This document shows, one piece after another, positions 10,125 to 18,930 of a stretch of DNA of 64,000 nucleotides. The position numbers and the translations under genes are program-made. Each line of letters starts with the position of its first letter. Position 1 is the first letter of the stretch. This DNA is from Clostridia bacterium (GTDB lineage Bacteria; Bacillota; Clostridia; UMGS1840), in NCBI GenBank assembly GCA_017625695.1, contig JAGAKI010000079.1, positions 2,312 to 66,311 on the forward strand, in the 5' to 3' direction. Below the pieces are notes generated by a model, which was not told the DNA's origin, made no database searches, and saw only the letters and a program-made list of their open reading frames with translations.

Positions 10125-11174
10125 TTATATCAAATCAATTGCTTCAACAAGTTGCTGTATATCAAAATGTGTATATACTTTTTCAGTTAATGACATTGCA
10201 CCTGCATGACCCACGATACGCTTTATAATGGTTTGATTGACTTCCGCTTTTGCTAACAAAGAAATTGTTGTGTGTCTTGTATCATGTGGTAAATGTTGAA
10301 GTTCCATTTCTTGCATTAAGGGTTTCCAATACGAATCAAAATAATTTCTGTATGTGAAATGTTTTCCTTCAGGTGTGCAAACAAGATAGTCACACCCTTC
10401 TTTCTGCATCCATTTTTCAAAGAAAGGTAAAACTTTTTTGGAAATTGGAACCTTACGAATTCCAGATTCTGTTTTTGAAGCAATAACATCAAAATACCTT
10501 TCTTCCAGGTGAACATCCTGTTTTTTTAAATCTAATAATTCTGATATACGAACACCGCTGTAAATTAAAATCAAATAAATTTGAATATATTCATTGCGAT
10601 TGACATTATTCCATAAAGTTTGAATTTCTGATTCAGTGAATGGTTTATGTTTTTCTTCTTTTCCTTTTTCCTTGTGCTTAACAATATCAACAAATTTAGA
10701 ATAGTCTTTTTGACAAAGGTCATTTTCCATAGCAAATTGGTACAATTGATTGAAAAGAACTCTTAATTTTCGCAATGTGGGGTAATTTTTACCGCAAGTA
10801 TCAATTACACCTTGAAGATGCGTTTTCCTGATTTCAATGAATTTCATGCTATAAAGATTTTTGCATACAGCATAAGATGCTTTATATCCGTTTACATTTG
10901 AATGTGATATTGTTTCAAATTTTTCTGCTGACCATTTATCATATATTTCTGCAAAGGTTATATCATTGTTTATATCATATGGATTTGAATTGTATATAGC
11001 TAATGCGTTCAATGCTTCCTCTTTTGTTTCATAATATCCAATATATTGATATTTCCTTTTAAGTTTATCACCTTTTTCGTCAATTTCCCATGAGAGTGTT
11101 TTTCTTATTGCCCAGGGTTTTCTTCTATTTCCAGGCAATTTGTAAACTGAACCATATCCATTTGGTAGTTTCAT
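10125..11174 (-). CDS. Tyrosine recombinase / phage-type integrase
   Basis: MKLPNGYGSV N-terminus; catalytic motifs SGVRISELL, KT, HDTRHT, VGH, VYTH. Confidence 0.95.
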   Translation of the reverse strand: MKLPNGYGSVYKLPGNRRKPWAIRKTLSWEIDEKGDKLKRKYQYIGYYETKEEALNALAIYNSNPYDINNDITFAEIYDKWSAEKFETISHSNVNGYKASYAVCKNLYSMKFIEIRKTHLQGVIDTCGKNYPTLRKLRVLFNQLYQFAMENDLCQKDYSKFVDIVKHKEKGKEEKHKPFTESEIQTLWNNVNRNEYIQIYLILIYSGVRISELLDLKKQDVHLEERYFDVIASKTESGIRKVPISKKVLPFFEKWMQKEGCDYLVCTPEGKHFTYRNYFDSYWKPLMQEMELQHLPHDTRHTTISLLAKAEVNQTIIKRIVGHAGAMSLTEKVYTHFDIQQLVEAIDLI

Positions 11175-11322
11175 ATCAAATTCTTCCTTTCTGATTGACA
11201 AATCAAAAAAGAATTGATATAATAAATACATACCATTTCATTTTTGATTTGCTCACTTGCACTCATTTTGATTTGGTTACTTTCTGAATTCCCAGTGTTG
11301 CAGCACAGGGAATTCTTTTTAG

Positions 11323-11733
11323 TTAATTGTTGTTGGAATCATTTTCTGTTGCAGCAGAAGATGGTTCTTTTTTGTATTTTGGATGTATTGCCAAGTCAGC
11401 AACATATTGAACGGCTTTGGATTTACCTAAAGAATTTAATGTATCGAAATCATTCAACATTGCCAATGCATCTGACCCAAATGCTTTTTCAATTTCTTCT
11501 ATAAGTTTCACATCAGAGCGAAGTTTTTCTATATCCACTGTCAAATCAAATGGTGATACTCCCAGAACAGATGCAATATCTTCAATCACATTCCATGGTG
11601 CTTCTATTGAACCATTTTCATACTTTCTAATTGTAGCTTCCTTTTTTCCGATAGCTTCCGCAAGTTCTATTTGTGTCATTTTCATTTGTTTTCGAACAGC
11701 TTTAACCCGCTTTCCAAAGACAGTTTTATCCAT
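11323..11733 (-). CDS. XRE/cI-like HTH repressor
   Basis: GKRVKAVRKQMKMTQIELAEAIGKKEATIRKYENG. Confidence 0.9.
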   Translation of the reverse strand: MDKTVFGKRVKAVRKQMKMTQIELAEAIGKKEATIRKYENGSIEAPWNVIEDIASVLGVSPFDLTVDIEKLRSDVKLIEEIEKAFGSDALAMLNDFDTLNSLGKSKAVQYVADLAIHPKYKKEPSSAATENDSNNN

Positions 11734-11779
11734 AAATTCACTTCCTTTCACCTTTAAATGTGATTTCATTATATCACAA

Positions 11780-11884
11780 CCGATATTAAAAATCAAGTAT
11801 TTTCTAAAAGAATCTAAATATATCTATTGACAATATCGTTTTAAAGGTGTATAATATAACAAAAACGATATTTAAAATATCGGT
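11780..11884. promoter_or_regulatory. Divergent switch region with consensus rightward promoter and CGATATT operator-like repeats
   Basis: TTGACA (11827)-17 nt-TATAAT (11850); cgatatt/aatatcg repeats near 11782, 11832, 11866 and 11876. Confidence 0.75.
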
Positions 11885-11899
11885 ACAAGGGGTGAAAAT

Positions 11900-12139
11900 A
11901 TGAAAATAGATAATCAAAAGTTTGAAATCGCTATAGCAAATGCTTGTATGACATTTAGTGACTTATCAAAAAAATCAGGAATTTCACTATTCACCATCTC
12001 AAGAATGCAGGGTGATGTAAAAATAAGACCTGAAACTATTGGGAAAATTGCAAAAGCATTAAATGTAAAAGTTGAAGAACTGATTGAAACAACTGCTGCA
12101 ACAGTCAATCAGAACACCAGGAATTCAGAAAGTAATTAA
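11900..12139 (+). CDS. Cro-like HTH protein
   Basis: TFSDLSKKSGISLFTISRM..ETIGKIAKALNVKVEEL; divergent from the repressor. Confidence 0.85.
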   Translation: MKIDNQKFEIAIANACMTFSDLSKKSGISLFTISRMQGDVKIRPETIGKIAKALNVKVEELIETTAATVNQNTRNSESN

Positions 12140-12161
12140 AATGAAAGTGAGAGAATCAAAA

Positions 12162-12596
12162 ATGAAAACAAATCTTTTAGAAAAAATCAATCTTGAAGAA
12201 ATACTTGCCATCACATCATCAGGCACAAAAGGAAAACATTATGTAAATGTGACACTTCAAAACGGCGATATAATCAGACATTCCATGAATGATGCATTTG
12301 GAATCCATTATTGCAATGAATTCATTCGTTCCCTAAAAGTTTATGATGAAATATATCTTGAAGAATGTTTGCACAATCACATACATTTGTATGAGAAAAT
12401 CATAAGTGATTGCAATTACCTTATTCATATAAAAAAGGTTCTTGATTTATTACATAGACAAGACATCACCGCAAATCAAATATATTTATGTATATTAAAC
12501 AGAATACTTCCCAAACACAATGTATCATATGATGAAGCAATATTGCACAGACCATTGAAAGAATGGGTTCAGGAAGCTGTTACATATTTCAATTAA
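12162..12596 (+). CDS. Hypothetical protein (element early operon)
   Basis: Uninterrupted ORF between the Cro-like and primase genes; start could be 12141. Confidence 0.6.
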   Translation: MKTNLLEKINLEEILAITSSGTKGKHYVNVTLQNGDIIRHSMNDAFGIHYCNEFIRSLKVYDEIYLEECLHNHIHLYEKIISDCNYLIHIKKVLDLLHRQDITANQIYLCILNRILPKHNVSYDEAILHRPLKEWVQEAVTYFN

Positions 12597-12608
12597 GGCG
12601 GTGAGAAA

Positions 12609-14621
12609 ATGACGGAATTAAAACAAATTGCATCTATCCTATATGATGGCTTTTATTGTGGTGGCGGTGGTAGTGACGGAAATCCAAAAGTCAGAAAAGG
12701 AAAATCAAAACCTGCTTCTTTAGACTATGCGTTAAAAAATTTTCCTTATATTCTTGGAAAAATTAAAAACAACATTATTATAACAGATTATGATTCTGAT
12801 GAAACATTTCAAGCAAGATTTGCTATTGTGAAAGCTTTAGAGCAAAGCTGTATAGTAATTAAATCCCCACACAAAGGCGGTCATATCTATTGGTTCAACA
12901 GAAATCATTCATATACAGTTAGTAACAGTATAAATAAAACAATATTAACACTTTCCCCAGTTGATTATAAATGTGGAATAAAAATTGTTAAAAGCACTGG
13001 TGAAATCAAAGATTCAGATTGTTATGGGTGTTTATCAAATGATGATAAGACTTTAAGAAAGATACTATATATCAAAATCAATGATGATAATACACTTGAT
13101 GAACTTCCATTTTATGATTTACCAATGAAATCAGGAATAAAACATAACTTCCTTAATATGAAATCAGGTGATGGAAGGCAAGATGGATTGTTTACTTATA
13201 TGAACCCATTAAAAGCTGAAGGGTATTCTTATGAGCAATTCAGAATAGTTTCTGAACTTATTGATAAATTCATATTTTCAGAATCATTGGGTGATGAATT
13301 TGAAAATGCTATCAGAAAAGAAGCATGGGATTCAATCAATAGTTCAGCAAGTTCTGAATTTTTCAGGGGTAAAACTTTTTTACATGATAGATTTGCGGAA
13401 CATTTAAAAAATACTTATTACATTAGAAAAATAAATGGACAGCTTCAGATTTATAAAGATGGTGTGTATGTCAGCGGTAATGAAGAAATAGAAAAGTGCA
13501 TGTGCAAAGAAATCCCATCACTGACTGATGCAAAAAGAAAAGAAACTTTAAAGCAGCTTAATCTGATATGTGATGAAATTGTTATAAATGATAAGAATGC
13601 ACATATGATTGCATTCAGAAATGGTGTATTGAATATTTTGGATGATTCATTCACACCATTCACACCTGACCATGTTATCACAAACAGAATTGATTGGGAT
13701 TATAACCCACAGGCTTATGATGAACTGACGGATAAAACACTTGACAAGATTGCTTGCAATGATAAAAACATCAGGTCATTACTTGAAGAATGTGTAGGTT
13801 CATGTTTTTACAGGTCAAACACTCTTGCAGGTGGAAAAGCATTCATATTAACAGGAACAGGAAGCAACGGAAAGTCAACTTTTATTGAAGTTCTTCAGTC
13901 GATACTTGGTGAAAATAATTATTCTGTTTTGGATTTAAAAAGTTTATCTGACAGGTTTTCAACAATTATGATGTTTGGTAAGCTTGCAAATTTGGGTGAT
14001 GATATTAGTAGTGAATATATTGCTGATGTGTCAGTTTTCAAGAAAATAACCAGGGGTAATGAAATTGATGCAGAACAGAAAGGTCAACCGAAATTTAGTT
14101 TTAAACCTTATGTAAAACTGATTTTTTCTGCAAACAACATTCCCCGAATGGGAAGGGGTGACACATCAGCTGCACATGACAGATTGTTGATTATACCCTT
14201 TAATGCACACTTTTCAAAAAATGATGCTGATTATGATAATACAATAATATGGAAATTGCAAAGTCAGGAAGCTATGGAATATCTGATTCAATTAGGAATT
14301 CAGGGGTTAAAAAGAGTGCTTCAGAACAAGCAATATACACATTCTAACAAAGTTGATTCACAGCTTGATGAATACCGCATTGAAAACAACCCTATTCTTT
14401 CATTTGTTGAAGAAATTGGTGCTGATTCAATTGAAAATGAACCGACAAAAGATATTTTTACAAGGTATTGTGTTTACTGCTCACAAAATGGTTTTAAACC
14501 TGTTTCAAATATAAATTTTTCAAGACAGATATGCAATCAATTAAATTTGAAAACAGTTTCAAAAAAAGTAGGCGGAAAAAAATATCAAATCTTTATAAAA
14601 CAAGTACAAGATACAAGATAA
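12609..14621 (+). CDS. Phage/plasmid primase-helicase, P4/D5 family (SF3 helicase)
   Basis: D5_N-like IAFRNGVLNI...DWDYNP; Walker A GTGSNGKST; NLGDDIS; FSANNIP; N-terminal DYD...GGHIYW prim-pol-like motif. Confidence 0.9.
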   Translation: MTELKQIASILYDGFYCGGGGSDGNPKVRKGKSKPASLDYALKNFPYILGKIKNNIIITDYDSDETFQARFAIVKALEQSCIVIKSPHKGGHIYWFNRNHSYTVSNSINKTILTLSPVDYKCGIKIVKSTGEIKDSDCYGCLSNDDKTLRKILYIKINDDNTLDELPFYDLPMKSGIKHNFLNMKSGDGRQDGLFTYMNPLKAEGYSYEQFRIVSELIDKFIFSESLGDEFENAIRKEAWDSINSSASSEFFRGKTFLHDRFAEHLKNTYYIRKINGQLQIYKDGVYVSGNEEIEKCMCKEIPSLTDAKRKETLKQLNLICDEIVINDKNAHMIAFRNGVLNILDDSFTPFTPDHVITNRIDWDYNPQAYDELTDKTLDKIACNDKNIRSLLEECVGSCFYRSNTLAGGKAFILTGTGSNGKSTFIEVLQSILGENNYSVLDLKSLSDRFSTIMMFGKLANLGDDISSEYIADVSVFKKITRGNEIDAEQKGQPKFSFKPYVKLIFSANNIPRMGRGDTSAAHDRLLIIPFNAHFSKNDADYDNTIIWKLQSQEAMEYLIQLGIQGLKRVLQNKQYTHSNKVDSQLDEYRIENNPILSFVEEIGADSIENEPTKDIFTRYCVYCSQNGFKPVSNINFSRQICNQLNLKTVSKKVGGKKYQIFIKQVQDTR

Positions 14622-14823
14622 AATATAATGGGTACAAGATTAAACACACTCATTTTGTACTGCTTCAAAACCGCACGAAATCAAACTTTTTTGTTGCAGT
14701 ACAAGATGGTACAAGATGTTTTTAACTTCTTGTGAAATAAATAAAAAAAAATAAATACTCTAAAATTTTATTTTAAAAAAATAATATAATATATAATTTA
14801 ATTTATCTTGTACCATCTTGTAC
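14604..14823. other. Putative replication origin (GTACAAGAT iterons around an AT-rich stretch)
   Basis: Direct iterons at 14604, 14612 (partial), 14632, 14699 and 14709; inverted atcttgtac at 14805 and 14815; near-pure A/T at 14735-14805; directly after the primase gene. Confidence 0.75.
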
Positions 14824-14860
14824 TATTGAAAATTATTATTCAAAGAAAGGATTGAATTAA

Positions 14861-15169
14861 ATGAATATATCAGATGTTAAAAAGAACCATCCAACATTTC
14901 TGACCGATAATATATTGATAAATAAAGTCGGCAGAATTAACTACTATATTGACCCAAGAACAAGAATTGCTACTGATGGTGAGATACAGAAAGTAAAACC
15001 CATTGCATGGAATCATACATATTTTTGGATTGTATGCCCTTTCTGTCAAAAAATTCACCAGTATTCAATCATGCAGACCAGGAAAGATAAACATGTTGTA
15101 TATGCAAATTGTAAAGGCAGAATTAATAACGGAATTGACCAACAACCACTTTTGATTGATTCTATATGA
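14861..15169 (+). CDS. Small hypothetical protein with CPFC..H..C possible zinc ligands
   Basis: RBS GAAAGGA; WIVCPFCQKIHQY...ANC. Confidence 0.65.
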   Translation: MNISDVKKNHPTFLTDNILINKVGRINYYIDPRTRIATDGEIQKVKPIAWNHTYFWIVCPFCQKIHQYSIMQTRKDKHVVYANCKGRINNGIDQQPLLIDSI

Positions 15170-15283
15170 GCAGAAATCAAAGTGTTGTCAGATTTGTCAG
15201 TCCTTAAAAAAGGGAATCACAAGAAAAACACTTGCTGAATGGAAAAATAAGTATGGTGACATTTCCGACACCATAAAAGGAAG

Positions 15284-15484
15284 GTGAAGTACATGAATAA
15301 AGATAATTTGATACACAACAGCACCCGAACACATGAAGAATTAAGTGAAATGGGAAGAAAGGGCGGTGTTGCATCTGGTTTAGCCCGCCGTGCAAAGAAG
15401 GAACGCACACAGGATTTACAGGCAGTTGTAAACCGTTGCACATACAATGAAGTTATTGGAATGTTGCTGAAAAACAAGAAATGA
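15284..15484 (+). CDS. 66-aa KGG-motif protein resembling the N-terminus of some phage small terminases
   Basis: NLIHNSTRTHEELSEMGRKGGVASGLARR; RBS-like AAGGAAGG; start could be 15293. Confidence 0.55.
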   Translation: MKYMNKDNLIHNSTRTHEELSEMGRKGGVASGLARRAKKERTQDLQAVVNRCTYNEVIGMLLKNKK

Positions 15485-15705
15485 TAAAGCCCGAACAAAG
15501 CCCGATTATATATACATTTCGCACACCCTAAAAAGGGCGGGCGAAGTTGTTGACATTCAGGTTGAAAATTTGGATAAATTTTGATTTGAACAAGACTTTT
15601 CAAGACTTTTTAACAACAAAAAACCCACATAAACCCATATGAATCAAATGTTTTATATATGTTTGTCAGTATAAACAATCAAAATTATGAAGGGAATGAT
15701 GCAAT

Positions 15706-15978
15706 ATGGCAAAAGCAATAACTGATATTGAACTTACTGCGGTTATCGGTGAAGAATTATTCAAAAAATGTTTAGAAAAATTTCATGGTAGACAATATTA
15801 TTTTAAGAAAAAATCAAACCCCTTGCAGTTTAAAAACCAAAGAGAAAAAGAAGAATTTATCCATGATGCGTTTTTAAACGGATTGTCCTTTGAAGAAATA
15901 GGTGTAAAACTGCAAATTACCCCCGAATATGCAAGAAAGGTTTTTTATAAGCAGTTGCACCAAAAGAAAAACAGTTAA
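15706..15978 (+). CDS. Mor-like HTH transcription activator
   Basis: VIGEELFKKCLEKFHGRQYYF plus C-terminal HTH GLSFEEIGVKLQITPEYARKV. Confidence 0.6.
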   Translation: MAKAITDIELTAVIGEELFKKCLEKFHGRQYYFKKKSNPLQFKNQREKEEFIHDAFLNGLSFEEIGVKLQITPEYARKVFYKQLHQKKNS

Positions 15979-16211
15979 AACTGGCAATAGAAAATTTTAG
16001 AGAATATCCATATATTGTGCATATATATTTATTACAAGCACAATATATGGTATAATTAGGTATAATCATTGAATTGGTTGTGCCTTTTCTTTTTTGCCCT
16101 GAAATATCTTTATTTCTTACCTGTGACACACAAAATTAATACAAAACAGTGATTTTACAATGTGTTGTAATTATCACACTGATAATTTTAATACTGAAAG
16201 GATGATGAAAA

Positions 16212-16607
16212 ATGGAAAAATCAACAAACAGCACTGAACCAAACTGCACTGAACAAAACTACAACATTGAAGAATTTACAAAAGAATTAATAAGCATTTT
16301 CGGGAAGCTTAAACAGACACAATGGAATGATAAATTTATCAATCAATATTCTGCTTACAAAAGAATTCTTGACTTGTATGCAAATATGGGTGAGGTTCAC
16401 ATCAGGAATATGAAAAATGCAGTGGCTTATTTTAAACAAGAGCAACAAAAATATCATGACCTTTGTAAAGAATTGTTTACAGTTGCAAAAAACCTTAACC
16501 CCAAATTTGTTGATATTTCAGAACCAAAGCTTCAGCAACAGATGGATGATCTGCAAAAGATGATGCAAGTATTGGAAAAGCAGATGGGTGAAACAAATGT
16601 ATCATGA
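16212..16607 (+). CDS. Hypothetical helical protein
   Basis: RBS GAAAGGA; first gene of a tightly packed operon. Confidence 0.65.
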   Translation: MEKSTNSTEPNCTEQNYNIEEFTKELISIFGKLKQTQWNDKFINQYSAYKRILDLYANMGEVHIRNMKNAVAYFKQEQQKYHDLCKELFTVAKNLNPKFVDISEPKLQQQMDDLQKMMQVLEKQMGETNVS

Positions 16608-16860
16608 ATATATTAAACAGCGGCTTAATACAATTACAGCTATTGTGAATAAACGGAACAAAGAAATACACCATATATCAAATTTAAAGTATAGAGTAAT
16701 TTCAGGCAGAAAACACATCCCTATTACAGACAAAATGAGAAAATCAATGATTCGGAAGGTTAAAGAAAAATATAGTTCTCAAATTTCAAAGCTATATGAC
16801 GAAATAAACGAACAACTAAATTCTTTAAATCTTCCAATATTAGAAAATCCATATAAATGA
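16597..16860 (+). CDS. Hypothetical basic protein
   Basis: Overlaps the previous stop; K/R-rich. Confidence 0.55.
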   Translation: MYHEYIKQRLNTITAIVNKRNKEIHHISNLKYRVISGRKHIPITDKMRKSMIRKVKEKYSSQISKLYDEINEQLNSLNLPILENPYK

Positions 16861-16877
16861 AAGGCGGTAATTTAAAA

Positions 16878-17603
16878 ATGAATATTACATTGACTAAAGA
16901 AACAAATAAGCTTATTGAAGCACACAGAGCTATTGACAAGAAAGGTGCAGATGATATGTGGGCAGTGTTGGATAAATGGAAAGAACCTTCCATGATAAAT
17001 AAATATCAGCCTGAAGCATTAATTTCAGAATGTAATGCTGAACTGAATGAAGTTATTTCCGAATGCAGAAAAGCTGATACTTTATTGAATCAAAAATTAA
17101 AAAATGAAGTTTCAAATGCAAAAGCAAAAGTCATTCCTTGCTGCATTACATCCATTACAAAACCAAATGATTATGCAATGCAAGTAAATAATGCATTACA
17201 TTTTATCACACTTGAAGGTGAAGAACTCACTGATGAAAAAGCCTATAACATTCTGAAGCAGTTTATTGAAGATTATGAACAGATGGAATTGTTTGCAGCA
17301 GTTGTTGAAAAACAGGTGGGTACAGAAAAATTTATAAATGCAAATGGTACTTGCTTTTTCAAGAAAACTTTTGGTAAATACAGCAGAGCAAAGGCAATTA
17401 TAAATTTGTTTAATGAGATTGAAGCTTTATCAGAGAATCTTTTTATCATCCCTAAAGTGGCAAGTAATACATTCATTATAAATGCACATTATTTCAATGT
17501 AGTTAAGGATGGTTATGCAGAAATTGCAGATGAACAAAATATTTTAAACTTGCTTGCCGAACTGGATATTGCACTAAAGGATGTAATTGAACCAATAAAG
17601 TAA
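16878..17603 (+). CDS. Hypothetical helical protein
   Basis: Uninterrupted ~240-aa ORF with RBS AAGGCGG; start could be 16857. Confidence 0.65.
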   Translation: MNITLTKETNKLIEAHRAIDKKGADDMWAVLDKWKEPSMINKYQPEALISECNAELNEVISECRKADTLLNQKLKNEVSNAKAKVIPCCITSITKPNDYAMQVNNALHFITLEGEELTDEKAYNILKQFIEDYEQMELFAAVVEKQVGTEKFINANGTCFFKKTFGKYSRAKAIINLFNEIEALSENLFIIPKVASNTFIINAHYFNVVKDGYAEIADEQNILNLLAELDIALKDVIEPIK

Positions 17604-17619
17604 TTAAGGGGTGAAGCTG

Positions 17620-18540
17620 ATGACAAATGAAGAATTGGTTGAGCAAATACAATCAGGAATAAATGTTCAAAACAATATGGGTTTGCTGTATGAGCAGAAC
17701 AGAAATTTTATTTATAAATTGGCTTTACCCTATTCTAATTATGTTGAAATTGATGATTTAATGCAAGAAGCATATTTTGGACTTAAAAGAGCAGTTGAAG
17801 GTTTTGATTCAAGTAATAAATTCAAATTTTTAACATATGCAGAAGTTAAAATAAAATCAGCAATGCAGCGGTATTACTATAATCATGGATTGACAAAGCG
17901 AATATCGGTTCATACCCTTGAATTGATACACAAATATCATAGGTTCAGGAAAGATTTTTACAACAAAAATAATGCGTATCCATCTGAAGAACAAATTCTT
18001 AATGAACTTCATATAACAGCAAAAAAACTTAAAGAACTGGAAACAGTCATTCATTCAGAACATTGTCAAAGTATGAATGATATTATTCCAGGAACTGAAG
18101 ATATTACACTTGAAGAAAGCATTGCAGATGAATATGATTTAGAAAATGATGTGACTGATAGAATCTGCACTGAAGCAGTAAATAAATCTATTTGGGAAGC
18201 TGTAAAAGAATTAGATAAAAGAAGTTCTGAAATAATAATTGGCAAATATAAAAACGGATTGACATTAGAAAAAATTTCAGAATTGTTGAACATATCAAGA
18301 ACAAGGGTGCAGCATATGGAACAATTTGCATATAAAACTTTATATGATAAAAAAACCATTATGGAAGCTGCTGAATTTTATGGTTATGATTCAGCAGCTT
18401 CTTATCATTATGGTGTCAGTAGATTTAAAAACACTTTCACATCATCAACAGAATATGTTGCGATAAAAAACATTACTTTACAAGAGAAAATGAAAAAGTT
18501 AGATAATAAACTTAAAAAAATTATGGATGGGCGGTTGTAA
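17620..18540 (+). CDS. Sigma-70 family RNA polymerase sigma factor (element-encoded)
   Basis: MTNEELV, DDLMQEAYFGLKRAVEGFD..FLTYA (region 2), TLEESIAD, TLEKISELLNISRTRVQHME (region 4). Confidence 0.88.
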   Translation: MTNEELVEQIQSGINVQNNMGLLYEQNRNFIYKLALPYSNYVEIDDLMQEAYFGLKRAVEGFDSSNKFKFLTYAEVKIKSAMQRYYYNHGLTKRISVHTLELIHKYHRFRKDFYNKNNAYPSEEQILNELHITAKKLKELETVIHSEHCQSMNDIIPGTEDITLEESIADEYDLENDVTDRICTEAVNKSIWEAVKELDKRSSEIIIGKYKNGLTLEKISELLNISRTRVQHMEQFAYKTLYDKKTIMEAAEFYGYDSAASYHYGVSRFKNTFTSSTEYVAIKNITLQEKMKKLDNKLKKIMDGRL

Positions 18541-18869
18541 TGAGCATGAAAGAAAAACTATACCAAATTAAACTTGCATACAAGTTTGTTGAATTTTACA
18601 AAAAAGATATTGAATGGTGTAATAAGCAAATTGAAAAATCAATTGCATATCGTGATTCTTTATCAACTGAATGTGACCAGTATATTGTAAAAATCAATAA
18701 TTTTCTTGCTGCTGTTGAACAGTTGCCTGAAGCATGGCAAACAATTATATTAAGAATATATATCGAAGGTGCGACAATAGAAAATATAGCTTCAAGAAAT
18801 AATTGTACCGTTGATGATATTATAAACATTCATGACTTGGCTTTGCAAAAGCTTGAAACATTAATCTGA
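18540..18869 (+). CDS. ArpU/RinA/DUF1492-like late transcriptional regulator
   Basis: AAVEQLPEAWQTIILRIYIEGATIENIA...IHDLALQKL, a sigma-region-4-like HTH. Confidence 0.65.
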   Translation: MSMKEKLYQIKLAYKFVEFYKKDIEWCNKQIEKSIAYRDSLSTECDQYIVKINNFLAAVEQLPEAWQTIILRIYIEGATIENIASRNNCTVDDIINIHDLALQKLETLI

Positions 18870-18930
18870 TAATAACTGTTTTTACAGATTATTATAAATA
18901 CTATTTAGCAGAAAGGGGGTGTAAAGTAAT

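Noticed and set aside
16123-16135. gtgacacacaaaa also present at 10034-10046
   Set aside because: Single 13-bp low-complexity match in AT-rich DNA; may be chance
18540-18930. Tail assembly chaperone with programmed frameshift upstream of the TMP gene
   Set aside because: The upstream ORF looks like an HTH regulator and no convincing slippery site or second frame was seen
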